This document shows, piece after piece, positions 51,419 to 61,386 of a stretch of 64,000 nt of DNA (its first letter is position 1; each line of letters begins with the position of its first letter). The DNA is from Plasmodiophora brassicae (taxonomy: Eukaryota). Both the position numbers and the translations under genes were made by a program. Below the pieces are notes generated by a model. The model worked only from the letters and a program-made list of their open reading frames with translations, was not told where the DNA came from and did no database searches. The stretch is taken from positions 1,550,001-1,614,000 of the forward strand of contig CP145411.1 of NCBI GenBank assembly GCA_036867785.1, read 5' to 3'.

Positions 51419-52245
51419 ATGACATTGGCCGATCTCGCGGGGAAGCTGCGCGACCAGCGCCTGCTTGCTGATGGTGTTAGCTATGGGTCGGCGAAGGCGG
51501 ATGAGTTCCTGCAGTGGGTGGGCGGGTCGCCGTCCACGGTGCATGCCGTTGCTGGGACGATCGCTCCGCCTATCAATGCCGTTGTCGGCCGCGTCGATTC
51601 CGTTCTGGGAGAGTCGTTCAACGCGCTCGAGGGTAGCGTCAAGGCTGTTCGTCAGGGCGAAACCGTTGTCGTCGTCAAAGACACTATCAACAATGTTCAG
51701 TCGAAAGTAGTCGCCTGCGCTGCCAATGCTGTGGACCGTTTGCTGCCGAATGAAGGCGACCAACTCACCAACGAAGCCAAGCTTGTACGCTTGCCTCAGC
51801 TTTATCTGCCCCATCAGCTCTGACTGTATGCCTTTAGAGCGATGTCAACCAAGCGCTGTTCAGCCGTATTCAAGATCGGTTCACAGGGTACGCTCATGCA
51901 GTGGCGAAGACGAGCGAGAAATTGCCTGTGGACATTGTCGGCCTGGCGACATCAACGATACTGGCCAGTGTATCTTTAACGAAGACGGCGAAAGGGAACG
52001 GCCTGGAAGCACTGAAGGTGACATCGTCAACTGCGGCGCGCGCCTGGAAACACGTTGCCAAGGTTGGGTTGTTAAGCGGCGTCCCGCGCGAGATCCTCTC
52101 TCTTTCCAAGCAGGTCACCGGCTTGTCCGATCGCGATGAACTATACAGCTCAACGACGTCTACCCTCACCGACCTGGGCACCGTCTACAAGCGTCTCTTA
52201 CTATTCCAGCAAGTCGCCCCAAACGACGAATCTTCTGCGAAATAA
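51419..52245 (+). CDS. Amphipathic helical protein, perilipin/lipid-droplet-protein-like
   Basis: Two exons; PPINAVVGRVDSVLGESFNALE and AVDRLLP recall PAT-domain features; Ala/Val/Thr-rich helices. Confidence 0.45.
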
Positions 52246-52526
52246 GGTTGCCCGATTCGTCCTGTGGTCGCGGCCTCCTATTCACGACTGTTCTAATCTT
52301 CCTAAACATCTGCAGCGATTTGCACATTTGCTGTCTACTGGATGAACCATTCTCAGAAATCATATTGCGTATTTCGCTGAAGTTCTTTTGTTACGAAAGC
52401 ACTGGCATACGTCGTCGTTTGCTGCTGTGCCGCGTTCAGTCAAGGCCGCCTAACTGCAGCTCTAGTCGAAAAAGTGCGTGGGCACATCGCGGAAATTTGC
52501 TGGCCTGGCAGTGTTGGCTAGCCGCC

Positions 52527-53595
52527 ATGGGGAAGCACGCTCAGCTTGTTGTTGGGCCAGCTGGCAGCGGGAAGGTATCCTACGCCGAAGGGGTCATAGT
52601 CGTGCTGTACTTACGATCGATGTCTCTGCTCAGTCGACGTTTTGCCACCTGATCAATAGGCATTGTGAGAACGTCGGGCGCACGGTGCATGTTGTGAACC
52701 TGGATCCAGCAGCGGAATCGTTCCAGTATCCTGTTTCCATCGGTGTGTTTGCTTGTAACAATACGAGTCTGCGATGATGTTGTTGAACGATGTATATGCA
52801 GATATCCGCGACCTCATATCGGTGACAGACGTCATGGAAGAGCTGGGCTTGGGCCCAAACGGCGCCTTGATTTTCTGCATGGAGTATCTGATTGAAAACA
52901 TTGAATGGTAATTATTCTGCATATTGCTGGTTGTTATCTAGCTAATACTCCTGCTGTTGTTAAAGGCTTACTGACCAGCTAGGCGATTACGCTGATGACT
53001 ACCTGATCTTCGACTGTCCAGGCCAGATCGAAATTTACACGCACATCAATGTCATGCGTTCGTTCGTCCAAACTCTGGAACGAATGGGGTACCGAACATG
53101 TGGTGTCTTCCTTCTCGACTCAATCTTCGTGTCCGATTCTTCCAAATTCATTGCCGGCATGCTCTCCTGCCTATCGACGATGGTCCAGCTCGGTCCGTTG
53201 AGCATATTCGCCATGTTTGACGTGTTCTTATCTTCTAACGTTTGGGCCGGTCAGAACTTCCCCATGTCAACGTTTTGTCCAAGTGCGATCTTCTGAAGGA
53301 CAAGAAATCCCTAGACACGTTCCTGGATTCGGACTTGCCTGTCATCATGTCGTCTTTAAACGCGACGATGTCAGGAAAGCTTCTGCGTCTGAACCAGTCA
53401 ATCGGTGAACTGATCGACGAATACTCGATGGTTTCGTTCGTGCCGCTCGACCCGAACGATGACGATTCGATCACGTACATCCTGTCCAGCATCGACCACG
53501 CTATCCAGTACGGGGAAGACCTCGAACCGGTTGACAAGACCATCGCGGACCGTACCGAGGACGATACAGACCGACTACCTGCAATACACGAATGA
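52527..53595 (+). CDS. GPN3: GPN-loop GTPase 3
   Basis: [54 protein letters not shown]. Confidence 0.92.
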
Positions 53596-54264
53596 ATCGC
53601 CTTCCCGATGGGGTCCCATAGGTAGAAGCAGGCCGAGTAGTGGCGGGGTATAAGTGCGCAAGCAGCCCGCAGTGATAATTGGATCGCTGCGGTTGAGAAG
53701 CTTGCGCATAGGCGCAGTCACAAACGGACACGTTACGTGTCAAACGTTCACTCTTCATCGCCTGGGAAGGTCGGAGACACCGTGCACCCGCGAGGGGTAA
53801 TCGTCACCGACGATGTAGTTGGGAACCAGAAATGCACCGAGCGTCGTGGCTAAACCCCCGAGTCCCAACGGACGGGGCACTGACGCTCGGATGAAACAGC
53901 CCAACAGGTGTGATTTCAACTCTAAGATCAATGCGCAAGCGAAACGGCGCCCGGCAGCCCTTTCGAACTTGATTCCGACTACTCTCTCGGCCCCAGCGGT
54001 CCACTTCCCTTTTTTAACATTGCGAAGGTGTCAGTCAGCCCGGTCATTCCGCCCACGTGACTCAACGTGATTATGGTCGTCACGCGACGATGACATGAGG
54101 ATGGCGTCATCTAGGTGAGTCAACAGGGCGAACAGTCGCGATGGCAATCGCGGGTGGGCCGTGATATCTTGAAGCTACGTTGGCCAGGAGGTTGTCATTC
54201 TGAAATTTTATCAGCAGTCGTAAGGCCCCACCCCTCGAAATCTGAGCGTTATTATATCATCACC

Positions 54265-55070
54265 ATGACGGCCAATCGCGTCGCGATCGCTGCCCTGTTC
54301 CTGGTCGTCGGCCGGCTCGCGTCGGCGTTCGAGCTGATGGAAATGCACAACGTCAACGACGAACTGGAAGATTTCGTAAGTCACGCCGTTGCCAAATACC
54401 TTGTCTCTATGCGCTTACATGACCTTGACAGGCCCACGCTCACCATGACGGCTACTTCCAGAAAGGACACTCGCTGGACCACATGGACGACGAGGACATC
54501 AACCACGAACGCGACATGGACAGGAACGGCGGTTCGCCGCACTACCCGTCTTGGTACGAGTACGACCTGGGCCCGCACGGCGAAGTTCCTATCGGCCCCG
54601 AAGCCTACCACGACGCTCGAGTCGGCCATGGTGTCTACGACAACCGTGCCGAGTTTGACCTCTACGACCGAGGCCTCCCCGGCCACGTCCACGATGAGGA
54701 TGTCGTTGAGGAACCGTACCACGGTGCGTTCGAGCACGGGCATCCTCACGGGTATGAGCATGGGTACCCGTACCCTGAGGGCGTTGAGCACGGTTACCCC
54801 GGTCACGACCTCGGCCACGAGTACTACGGTGGACAAGCGCATGGCCTTCACGACGCCCATGAGATGAACCTGCCGTTCCAGGGCCCGCACCCGCAGGGCG
54901 ATGTGAACGGGTTCAACATGCTGCACCAGCAGGAGTACGAGGAGGCCGGCGACGGTGGGCGTCACCCGCACGCCTGGAAGCACGGGCACCACCACGCGCA
55001 CAACCCCAACGGCCGTCAACACCACAACGGACACGGCGACCTCGAAACTCACCTCCACGATGACTTCTAA
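54265..55070 (+). CDS. Secretory-pathway His/Gly/Asp/Glu-rich low-complexity protein ending HDDF
   Basis: Signal peptide MTANRVAIAALFLVVGRLASA, intron 54376..54431, EHG(H/Y)P repeats. Confidence 0.75.
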
Positions 55071-55557
55071 CTGTATTGCAATACAAGCCGGGTGCGACCT
55101 GTTCCCACAGAACCAGGGTTTGAGCGAACACTTTGGACAGTCCACAGGGAGAAGGCAGCAGTCGAAGGCGAGAGACGTTGACGTTTGCGATGATAGCGAC
55201 CCGGGTCGTACACACAAACGCGAGACAGGTGCGAGGCGTTCTCCTCCATCGCCTACTATGCCCACGTCGCCTACAGAGGCGTCGCACGATCGGCAAAGAA
55301 GAAGCTCTGTATGCCCTGTCGAAATCGTCACCACCGACGGATGCAGGCTGGTTCCCAATGAGAGCCAGCACGCACTGGCTCTTCTTGCCAGACTTCGGAA
55401 ACCGCCCTCCGAATACGATTCCGCTAACAGCGTTGACTGACATTGTCAGGTCCTGTGCGTGCATGAGGCGGCAGGCGGCGCAGGCCCCCCTTTCAGTTGC
55501 GCGACGGGACGGACCCGCTGGACCCGTTCCCGCCGTTCGTCGCTTGTTTGGCGTTTA

Positions 55558-56873
55558 ATGCCTCGGGGATGCGCACGCATTGGTCCCACACTCGGCGTGC
55601 TGCGATCCCTCGTAGTGGTCGCTGTAGCCTGTCAGGCGGTGACGCTTCGTTCCAGCGACGGTGCTGACCATGCTGTCGATACCTGGTCCGCAATCGCCCA
55701 TTCCGGAATGTTGCGGCATCTCATCGATGACCCCGACGCATGCGCCGACCTGGTCGTTCCGTTGCCTGGCGTCGCCGATACCGAGCTTGGACGGATCGTC
55801 GAGTTCGTTGACGCGGTCAATGTACATCAGGTACATTGTCATGTCCTCCGAAAGGCCATCTCTGTTCCCTGATGCTGCAGCGACAGTTCAGACTGGCTGC
55901 CCAGTGGGCCAGAGACAGGCCGGACGTGCTGAAGCCTGAGTCGCGTTGCCAGTTGCTAATAGCCGCCAACTACCTCGACATGCGGTTTTTAACGATAGCG
56001 ATCGCGTCCACGACGTCTGTTCGTCGCGATATCCCTGCGATGCAGGGCGCGCTTCCCGAGAATGTATTTCGATTCGTAACAGGCATCGCCCAGCTGGCCC
56101 ACGCCGCGGACACAGAGGAAAAGCAGGCGCTCGCCGCCCAGATCCACGATGTCATCGTTCGAGACGGCAACGCGACGAACATGAAGGCCGCTGTCTCCCT
56201 GATCAGTTACGCCGTCTGGGATGCCTGGTTGATGCACACGGTGCTGCAGTGGGCGGCGATTCACGCAGAGGAACTCGTTGTCGAGCTGCTGGTTATCTAT
56301 GTCCCCGGCATCGCCGTCAACCTGCCTGATAGGATCAAGATGACGCCGTTGCACATGGCCGTCGCTGCTTGCAGCGTTGGTGTCGTTGAGCTGCTTTTGA
56401 AAGTCCCTGACATCAACGTCAATGCTCGCGAACCTCGTCGAGGAACGCCTCTCCTGTGGGCCGTTACCTCCGGGCAGGAACGTATCGTCGAGGTGCTGTT
56501 GAAGGCCCCCGGGATCAACGTTAACACCTGCGACGCCGACAGGAGGACCCCGCTGTACATGGCTGTGAAGGTTGGACGTAGAGATATCGTCGCGTTGCTT
56601 CTGACCTCCGCTAGGATCGACGTCAATTCTCGCACCAGGGACGAAAAGACGCCATTGCACAGGGCGTCGATCAACGGGCGGGCCGACCTAGTCGAACTGC
56701 TACTGAACGCCACTGACATCGACGTCAGCGCGTGCGACAATCTGCAGAGGACGCCGCGCCAGTGGGCTGCGATCAAGGGATACGACCGCATCGTCACGAT
56801 GCTGCTGCGGGCTACTCCGAACGCAGTCGACCGGTCGCATCACGACGGAGCCGCCGCCGCGTGCTCCGGATAA
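55558..56873 (+). CDS. Secreted SKP1/BTB-like plus ankyrin-repeat protein (candidate effector)
   Basis: Hydrophobic signal, VTLRSSDG...LGRIVEF...LLIAANYLDM (SKP1/POZ-like), then about 5-6 ankyrin repeats (TPLHMAV, TPLLWAV, TPLYMAV, TPLHRAS); intron 55831..55880. Confidence 0.85.
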
Positions 56874-57049
56874 CGCACTGCAGCAGAACAGTTGGCTGTC
56901 CACCATCGTCGACAGGCGACAGAACAAAGACGGCGTTCCCCTGTCTCGTTTTTCGGTTCTGCGGCCGCCGTTGTTCGAGTTCGACGCGTGCCTTGATCAG
57001 GGCTGGTTGTTGTTTTGCGATCGCGGCGGGGGATGTCCGAAGGTGGGAC

Positions 57050-57750
57050 TATAGATCTGTTATATAACGCTTGGCCGGGGGGTGGGCGTTATATAACGTT
57101 ATGTAACGTTATATAACGGTTATATAACGGTTATATAACGCCCTTTTTGGGGACGCTTGGAGACCGCCCCGGACAGCCCGGACTGCGCGGAGAGGCCGTG
57201 GAAATCCGGCGGACTCGCATTGACATCTCGAAGCACAATTCTCGACGATGGGGAAGCGTAAGTCTGTAGTGTGGAATGATTTCTCGGAACGTGCGAGACT
57301 TGGAGACGCGAATATTGAACGCCAGACTGCAGTGTGTTTCAATTCGTCCCAACTGAAGCGAAAGGTTCCGGACGCACGCCCGATAGACGGACTAAGCACC
57401 TCATCAGTTTCAACTACTGGACAGAATCTCTGGTGGGATCTGCTGCCGATGGATGCGAAGATGACGACGTGATTGATCCTGTCGACGACTTCGAATTTGT
57501 AGACGCCTGTGATCGCGAGGTCGACCGCGCGCGTAGTGAATCCAAACGAAATTGACGACCACGTGATCTACAGCGACTCTGGTACCGAGGAAGTGGTCGT
57601 AGAATCAGGATGGGTGTGAAACATGACCGGTACACTGTTATTCGTTATAAATGGAATATAACGCGTTATATAACGCCTCTGTGACATAACGTTATATAAC
57701 GCGTTATATAACGCCCGTTATATAACGCCAAAATAACTAACAGATCTATA
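57050..57750. mobile_element. 701-bp non-autonomous hAT-like DNA transposon (internal-deletion derivative)
   Basis: 13-bp TIRs TATAGATCTGTTA / TAACAGATCTATA, an 8-bp target duplication GGTGGGAC (57042..57049, 57751..57758), subterminal GTTATATAAC arrays and a BED-finger-like start MGKRKSVVWNDF...AVC. Confidence 0.85.
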
Positions 57751-57830
57751 GGTGGGACCGTACGAGGGGCAGGAGGAGTAGGTGGTATACTCCGTGTCCA
57801 GACACGGATTCGTTTGGTTGACGGGGCGAC

Positions 57831-59117
57831 ATGTCGTCGGCGGTGTCCGTGCTGAGCGGTGTGACGGCCGGGCAGGTCGCCGCCCAGCATCAGAAGCCGA
57901 TCATCATTGATTCGGGGTTGACGATCAAGGAGGCCAGTCAGGTGGGGCGGCGCACGGTTCGCGCGTGCTGCGCCCCGGGTCTGCGGCTGACTCGTGCGGT
58001 TAGGTCCTTGCGAAACACTCGATCACGAGCGCTCCCGTATACAATAAGACCAACCATTCGTTCGAGGGGTTCTTTGACTATTCCGATGTCATCAGCCTTG
58101 TCTTGAAGGTCAGTAGGCGCTGCAATGTACGATTCAAATACGAGGTGCAGATATATTGATGTGAGCGTCATCCACTTTCAGGTCGTGGCCGAGAGAACAA
58201 CCCTTGAACCTGATAATTCTCTGGAAGTATATCTGCAGGACCATAGCGTCCAGGAAATTACTGCCGGAATGGTCACCCGTGCGTCCTTCGTGAACAAACG
58301 CCCGCCGCCGCATTCTCATGCGTCGTTTGTGTAGGACTGTCGCGCAAGAACAAATTCTCTCCCGTGCGAGACACGACGCCACTGTCTGAGCTTGTCGACC
58401 GATTTTCTGAAGACATCCACCGTCTGCCGGTCACTTCTGAGAACGGGGACTTTTGTGGCGTTGTTTCGCAGTCGGACATCATAAAGGCGCTGTGGCAGAA
58501 GGTCATTTCATTCCTCGTTATCGTCGTCGTGCGAGTTGCTGATTCTGTGGCGCACAGCGAGCCGAACTCGCAGACTTCATGCACAAGCCGGTATCGGCGC
58601 TCTCGCCCCGGCAGTCGGAGGTCGTCCAGATGAACGTCGACGAGCCGCTTCTCACCGCGTTGAAGATCATGCACGAGAAGACGGTTACTAGCATTGCCCT
58701 CATCGATGAGGACAAGGCTATCGTCATGGTTCTCTCGCTGACTGATTTCAAGGTGGTCTCGTGCGTCACGATTTCCTATGTGCTTCTCTGATATCCCCAA
58801 TCAGCACCTGTTCCACACGAACATGTTCACCGATCTGCATCGTAGCGCTGGCGAATACAAGTCGGAACTGTTGCGGTCGTCTGTTTCGGTGAAGGTAAGC
58901 CGCCCTGACGACTGTTTGTGCTATCGCTATCGAACATGGCCCATCACAGGATACATCCCCGGTTTTCGCCGTCTCCCCCGATGCCACGCTCGAGAACGCG
59001 ATCGGCAAGCTGGTCGCCACCCGCTCCCATCGCGTGTACGTCTGCGACCGCCACGTCCCCGTCGGCGTCATCGCCCTGTCCGACATCATCCGCAGCATCC
59101 GCCAACTCAGCAAGTAA
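57831..59117 (+). CDS. Four-CBS-domain protein (SDS23/AMPK-gamma-like)
   Basis: ITSAPVY...GFFDYSDV, IHRLPV...GVVSQSDII, VTSIALID...LSLTDFK, SHRVYV...GVIALSDII; multi-exon. Confidence 0.85.
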
Positions 59118-59335
59118 ACCGGGTCCGCATTCAGTGTCGTTGGCGAGGTATCGCCCCCACACCGTCCACCACCAAGCACCCGCTGCACCCACCTGCCGTA
59201 TCATTCGCTCTGCAAGGGGGCGCCTGTGGCAGCTGCATGCCGCGTGCCGTGCCGTTGTAACGCCGGGGGGTGTTACATGCTGCGACGTGTGCGCCGTTGG
59301 CGTTGGCGCCGGGCCGCATTTCCATTTTGGGGCGC

Positions 59336-60070
59336 ATGTCCGATGTTGGGCCGGGCGACAGCGACGACGGCGACCCGTTCATGTTCCGGCCCGTCACCGC
59401 CCAGGACGCGCACCGGAGGCGGTACCGGGTGCCCGAGCTGACCGCGACGGAGAAGCACCAGGTCCACGCCGGGTTGCGTCGGTTCGGCCGGCACGATGTC
59501 GGCGGTATCGCGCGCGGCGTGCCGACGAAGAACGTCGTGCAGGTTGCGAATTATATCGCGGCCATGGGCGCCGTCGCCAACGGCCCGGGCGAGGACGACG
59601 ACGCGGATGAAGATTTCCGACTTGTGGAACGCGATCGACCTGCTGCGATCCCGTTCGGGTTGTCCAGCGACGATGAGGAGATGGACGAAGAAGTCGTCGA
59701 CGACGACGACGACGACGACGAGATTGTCATCGAATCGGATTCCGACGCAAGCGACATTGCTGCTGTCCCTGCTGCCGCAGCTGATCTTCCCGAGTCCTAC
59801 GCCCGCCTGATTCGATTGCCGGGCGATGCGCGCGTTACCGTGCGGGCGCCTGTTTATGCGACCCTTCGTGCCTGGATCACACACGTCGTGCGGAACATCG
59901 TCGCGTACGCGTCGCTGCGCGACAAACCTGTCGTCGACTACGCCGACGTCGTCAGGGTGCTCCGGGATCTCAACTTTACAACCGACTGGAACCTCATGTC
60001 CGATGATGAGAGCGCCCCCGAACCGCCTGCAAAGCGCCGTCGTCGTCGTCGTCGTCGAACGGTGTCCTAA
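59336..60070 (+). CDS. SANT/Myb-like + acidic + histone-fold-like nuclear protein, Rrn5-like
   Basis: LTATEKHQVHAGLRRFGRHDVGGIARGVPTKNVVQVANYI, an acidic tract, LRAWITHVVRNIVAYA...VDYADVVRVL and a terminal [13 protein letters not shown]. Confidence 0.6.
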   Translation: MSDVGPGDSDDGDPFMFRPVTAQDAHRRRYRVPELTATEKHQVHAGLRRFGRHDVGGIARGVPTKNVVQVANYIAAMGAVANGPGEDDDADEDFRLVERDRPAAIPFGLSSDDEEMDEEVVDDDDDDDEIVIESDSDASDIAAVPAAAADLPESYARLIRLPGDARVTVRAPVYATLRAWITHVVRNIVAYASLRDKPVVDYADVVRVLRDLNFTTDWNLMSDDESAPEPPAKRRRRRRRRTVS

Positions 60071-60113
60071 CGAGCATCTGTATTGCATTGTCGTGATGAC
60101 GAGATGTGTCAAA

Positions 60114-61250
60114 CTAGGGACGATGCAAGTAACGCTGAGCGCATCGTCGACGGTGGTCATTGGCCCAGGTGATGGATGCGTTGTCGGGTAACGGGACCAG
60201 GTTTTGCTGGAGATTGTCCAGAACGGCATGCAACTCGTGACGATCGGAGTCAATGCTCAAATACTCGTCGATCCATTCGCTGCGGATCTCGTAAATTGTC
60301 GAATCCGTGGCCGACTTGAACCCGAGCATCAACGTCGTGTATCGGCCGTCATCGCCGTGCTCAACGCAATACATCAGGCCGACCTCGCCGCCAATGGCGT
60401 CGTGATCGACAGTCACGCCCGCACACTGATCCGTCGAGAGGTTGCGGAGGGTGCTGCGAACCGACGTGTCGTACGGGGCCGCTGAGACGACATGATGCCC
60501 CATGATCTCGTGAGCGAATGCGAACTCGAGGGCGACAGCGATCACGTCCCAGTACGTGTCGGCCAGGACGCCGCTGAGGAACAACGGGCTGATGTAGATG
60601 TGGGTGCGCCAGACGGCGTGATCATCGGCACCGCCCAGCACCATGTTCGACGACAGGAGATTCGTGTGGCAGCCCTGACGTTGCAGGCAGACGAGCGGAT
60701 GGCAATTCGTGATCATGCGGATCAGGATTTCGTACGGAGACACGCAGCCAGTATCGCACCCAATCGTGTCCAGCAGGCCTCCGAATGCACGAAGGTACGG
60801 GCTGCTTGTCATCAGCTGGATGACACGTGGGATGGTGTTCTGGACCCGTTCCGCTGCTTCGTGGTTGCCAGGGATCATGGTCCCGAACGACAGAGCGTTG
60901 ATGGCGGCGACATCGTAGACGTCGACGTGCAGCAGCTTGCGAATGTCGCGATCTGGTGTGGCCAGGGTCTCGTTCACCATCTTGTCAATCGTGCCCGTCA
61001 GGTCCTCGATGACGCGAACGTCGGCGTCCTCCACGATCGCATCCATGATCCGGTCGAACACGTCGCCGTACAGACGGCCCATCATCTTCGACACGTAGCG
61101 CAGGTGCAGGAACTCGTGGAGGTACTTCTGCACGATCCATGTCTCCTCTTCCAGGCGCACCTGCATCGTAACCGCGCCACCACCGAAACGAGACACGCCC
61201 ACATGCACAGTACGTACGTGCATGCGCTTCTTCGTCGTGGGCACCCGCAT
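60114..61250 (-). CDS. Intronless hypothetical protein with zincin-like motifs
   Basis: 378-aa ORF with FAFAHEIMGHH (60495..60512) and YLHEFLH (61104..61118); the real start may be MQVRLEE at about 61166. Confidence 0.6.
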   Translation of the reverse strand: MRVPTTKKRMHVRTVHVGVSRFGGGAVTMQVRLEEETWIVQKYLHEFLHLRYVSKMMGRLYGDVFDRIMDAIVEDADVRVIEDLTGTIDKMVNETLATPDRDIRKLLHVDVYDVAAINALSFGTMIPGNHEAAERVQNTIPRVIQLMTSSPYLRAFGGLLDTIGCDTGCVSPYEILIRMITNCHPLVCLQRQGCHTNLLSSNMVLGGADDHAVWRTHIYISPLFLSGVLADTYWDVIAVALEFAFAHEIMGHHVVSAAPYDTSVRSTLRNLSTDQCAGVTVDHDAIGGEVGLMYCVEHGDDGRYTTLMLGFKSATDSTIYEIRSEWIDEYLSIDSDRHELHAVLDNLQQNLVPLPDNASITWANDHRRRCAQRYLHRP

Positions 61251-61386
61251 CGTTGTGCCTGCTTTCGCACTTTGACGTTCGGCCGATAGTCGAGCCGCGA
61301 TTCTGGCACTGATCCAGGAATCACCGCAAGAACACTTGAGGGTAGAACACCCATAACGTCCGAAAAGAAAATAACGTTATCCATAT

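Noticed and set aside
55090-55440. Possible hAT C-terminal remnant on the minus strand (RFPK...PASV; KRQRLSPSTA)
   Set aside because: Motif spacing is too long and there are no TIRs or TSD; too weak to call
57060-57730. GTTATATAAC repeat arrays as a CRISPR or satellite
   Set aside because: No regular spacers and a eukaryotic context; explained as transposon subterminal repeats
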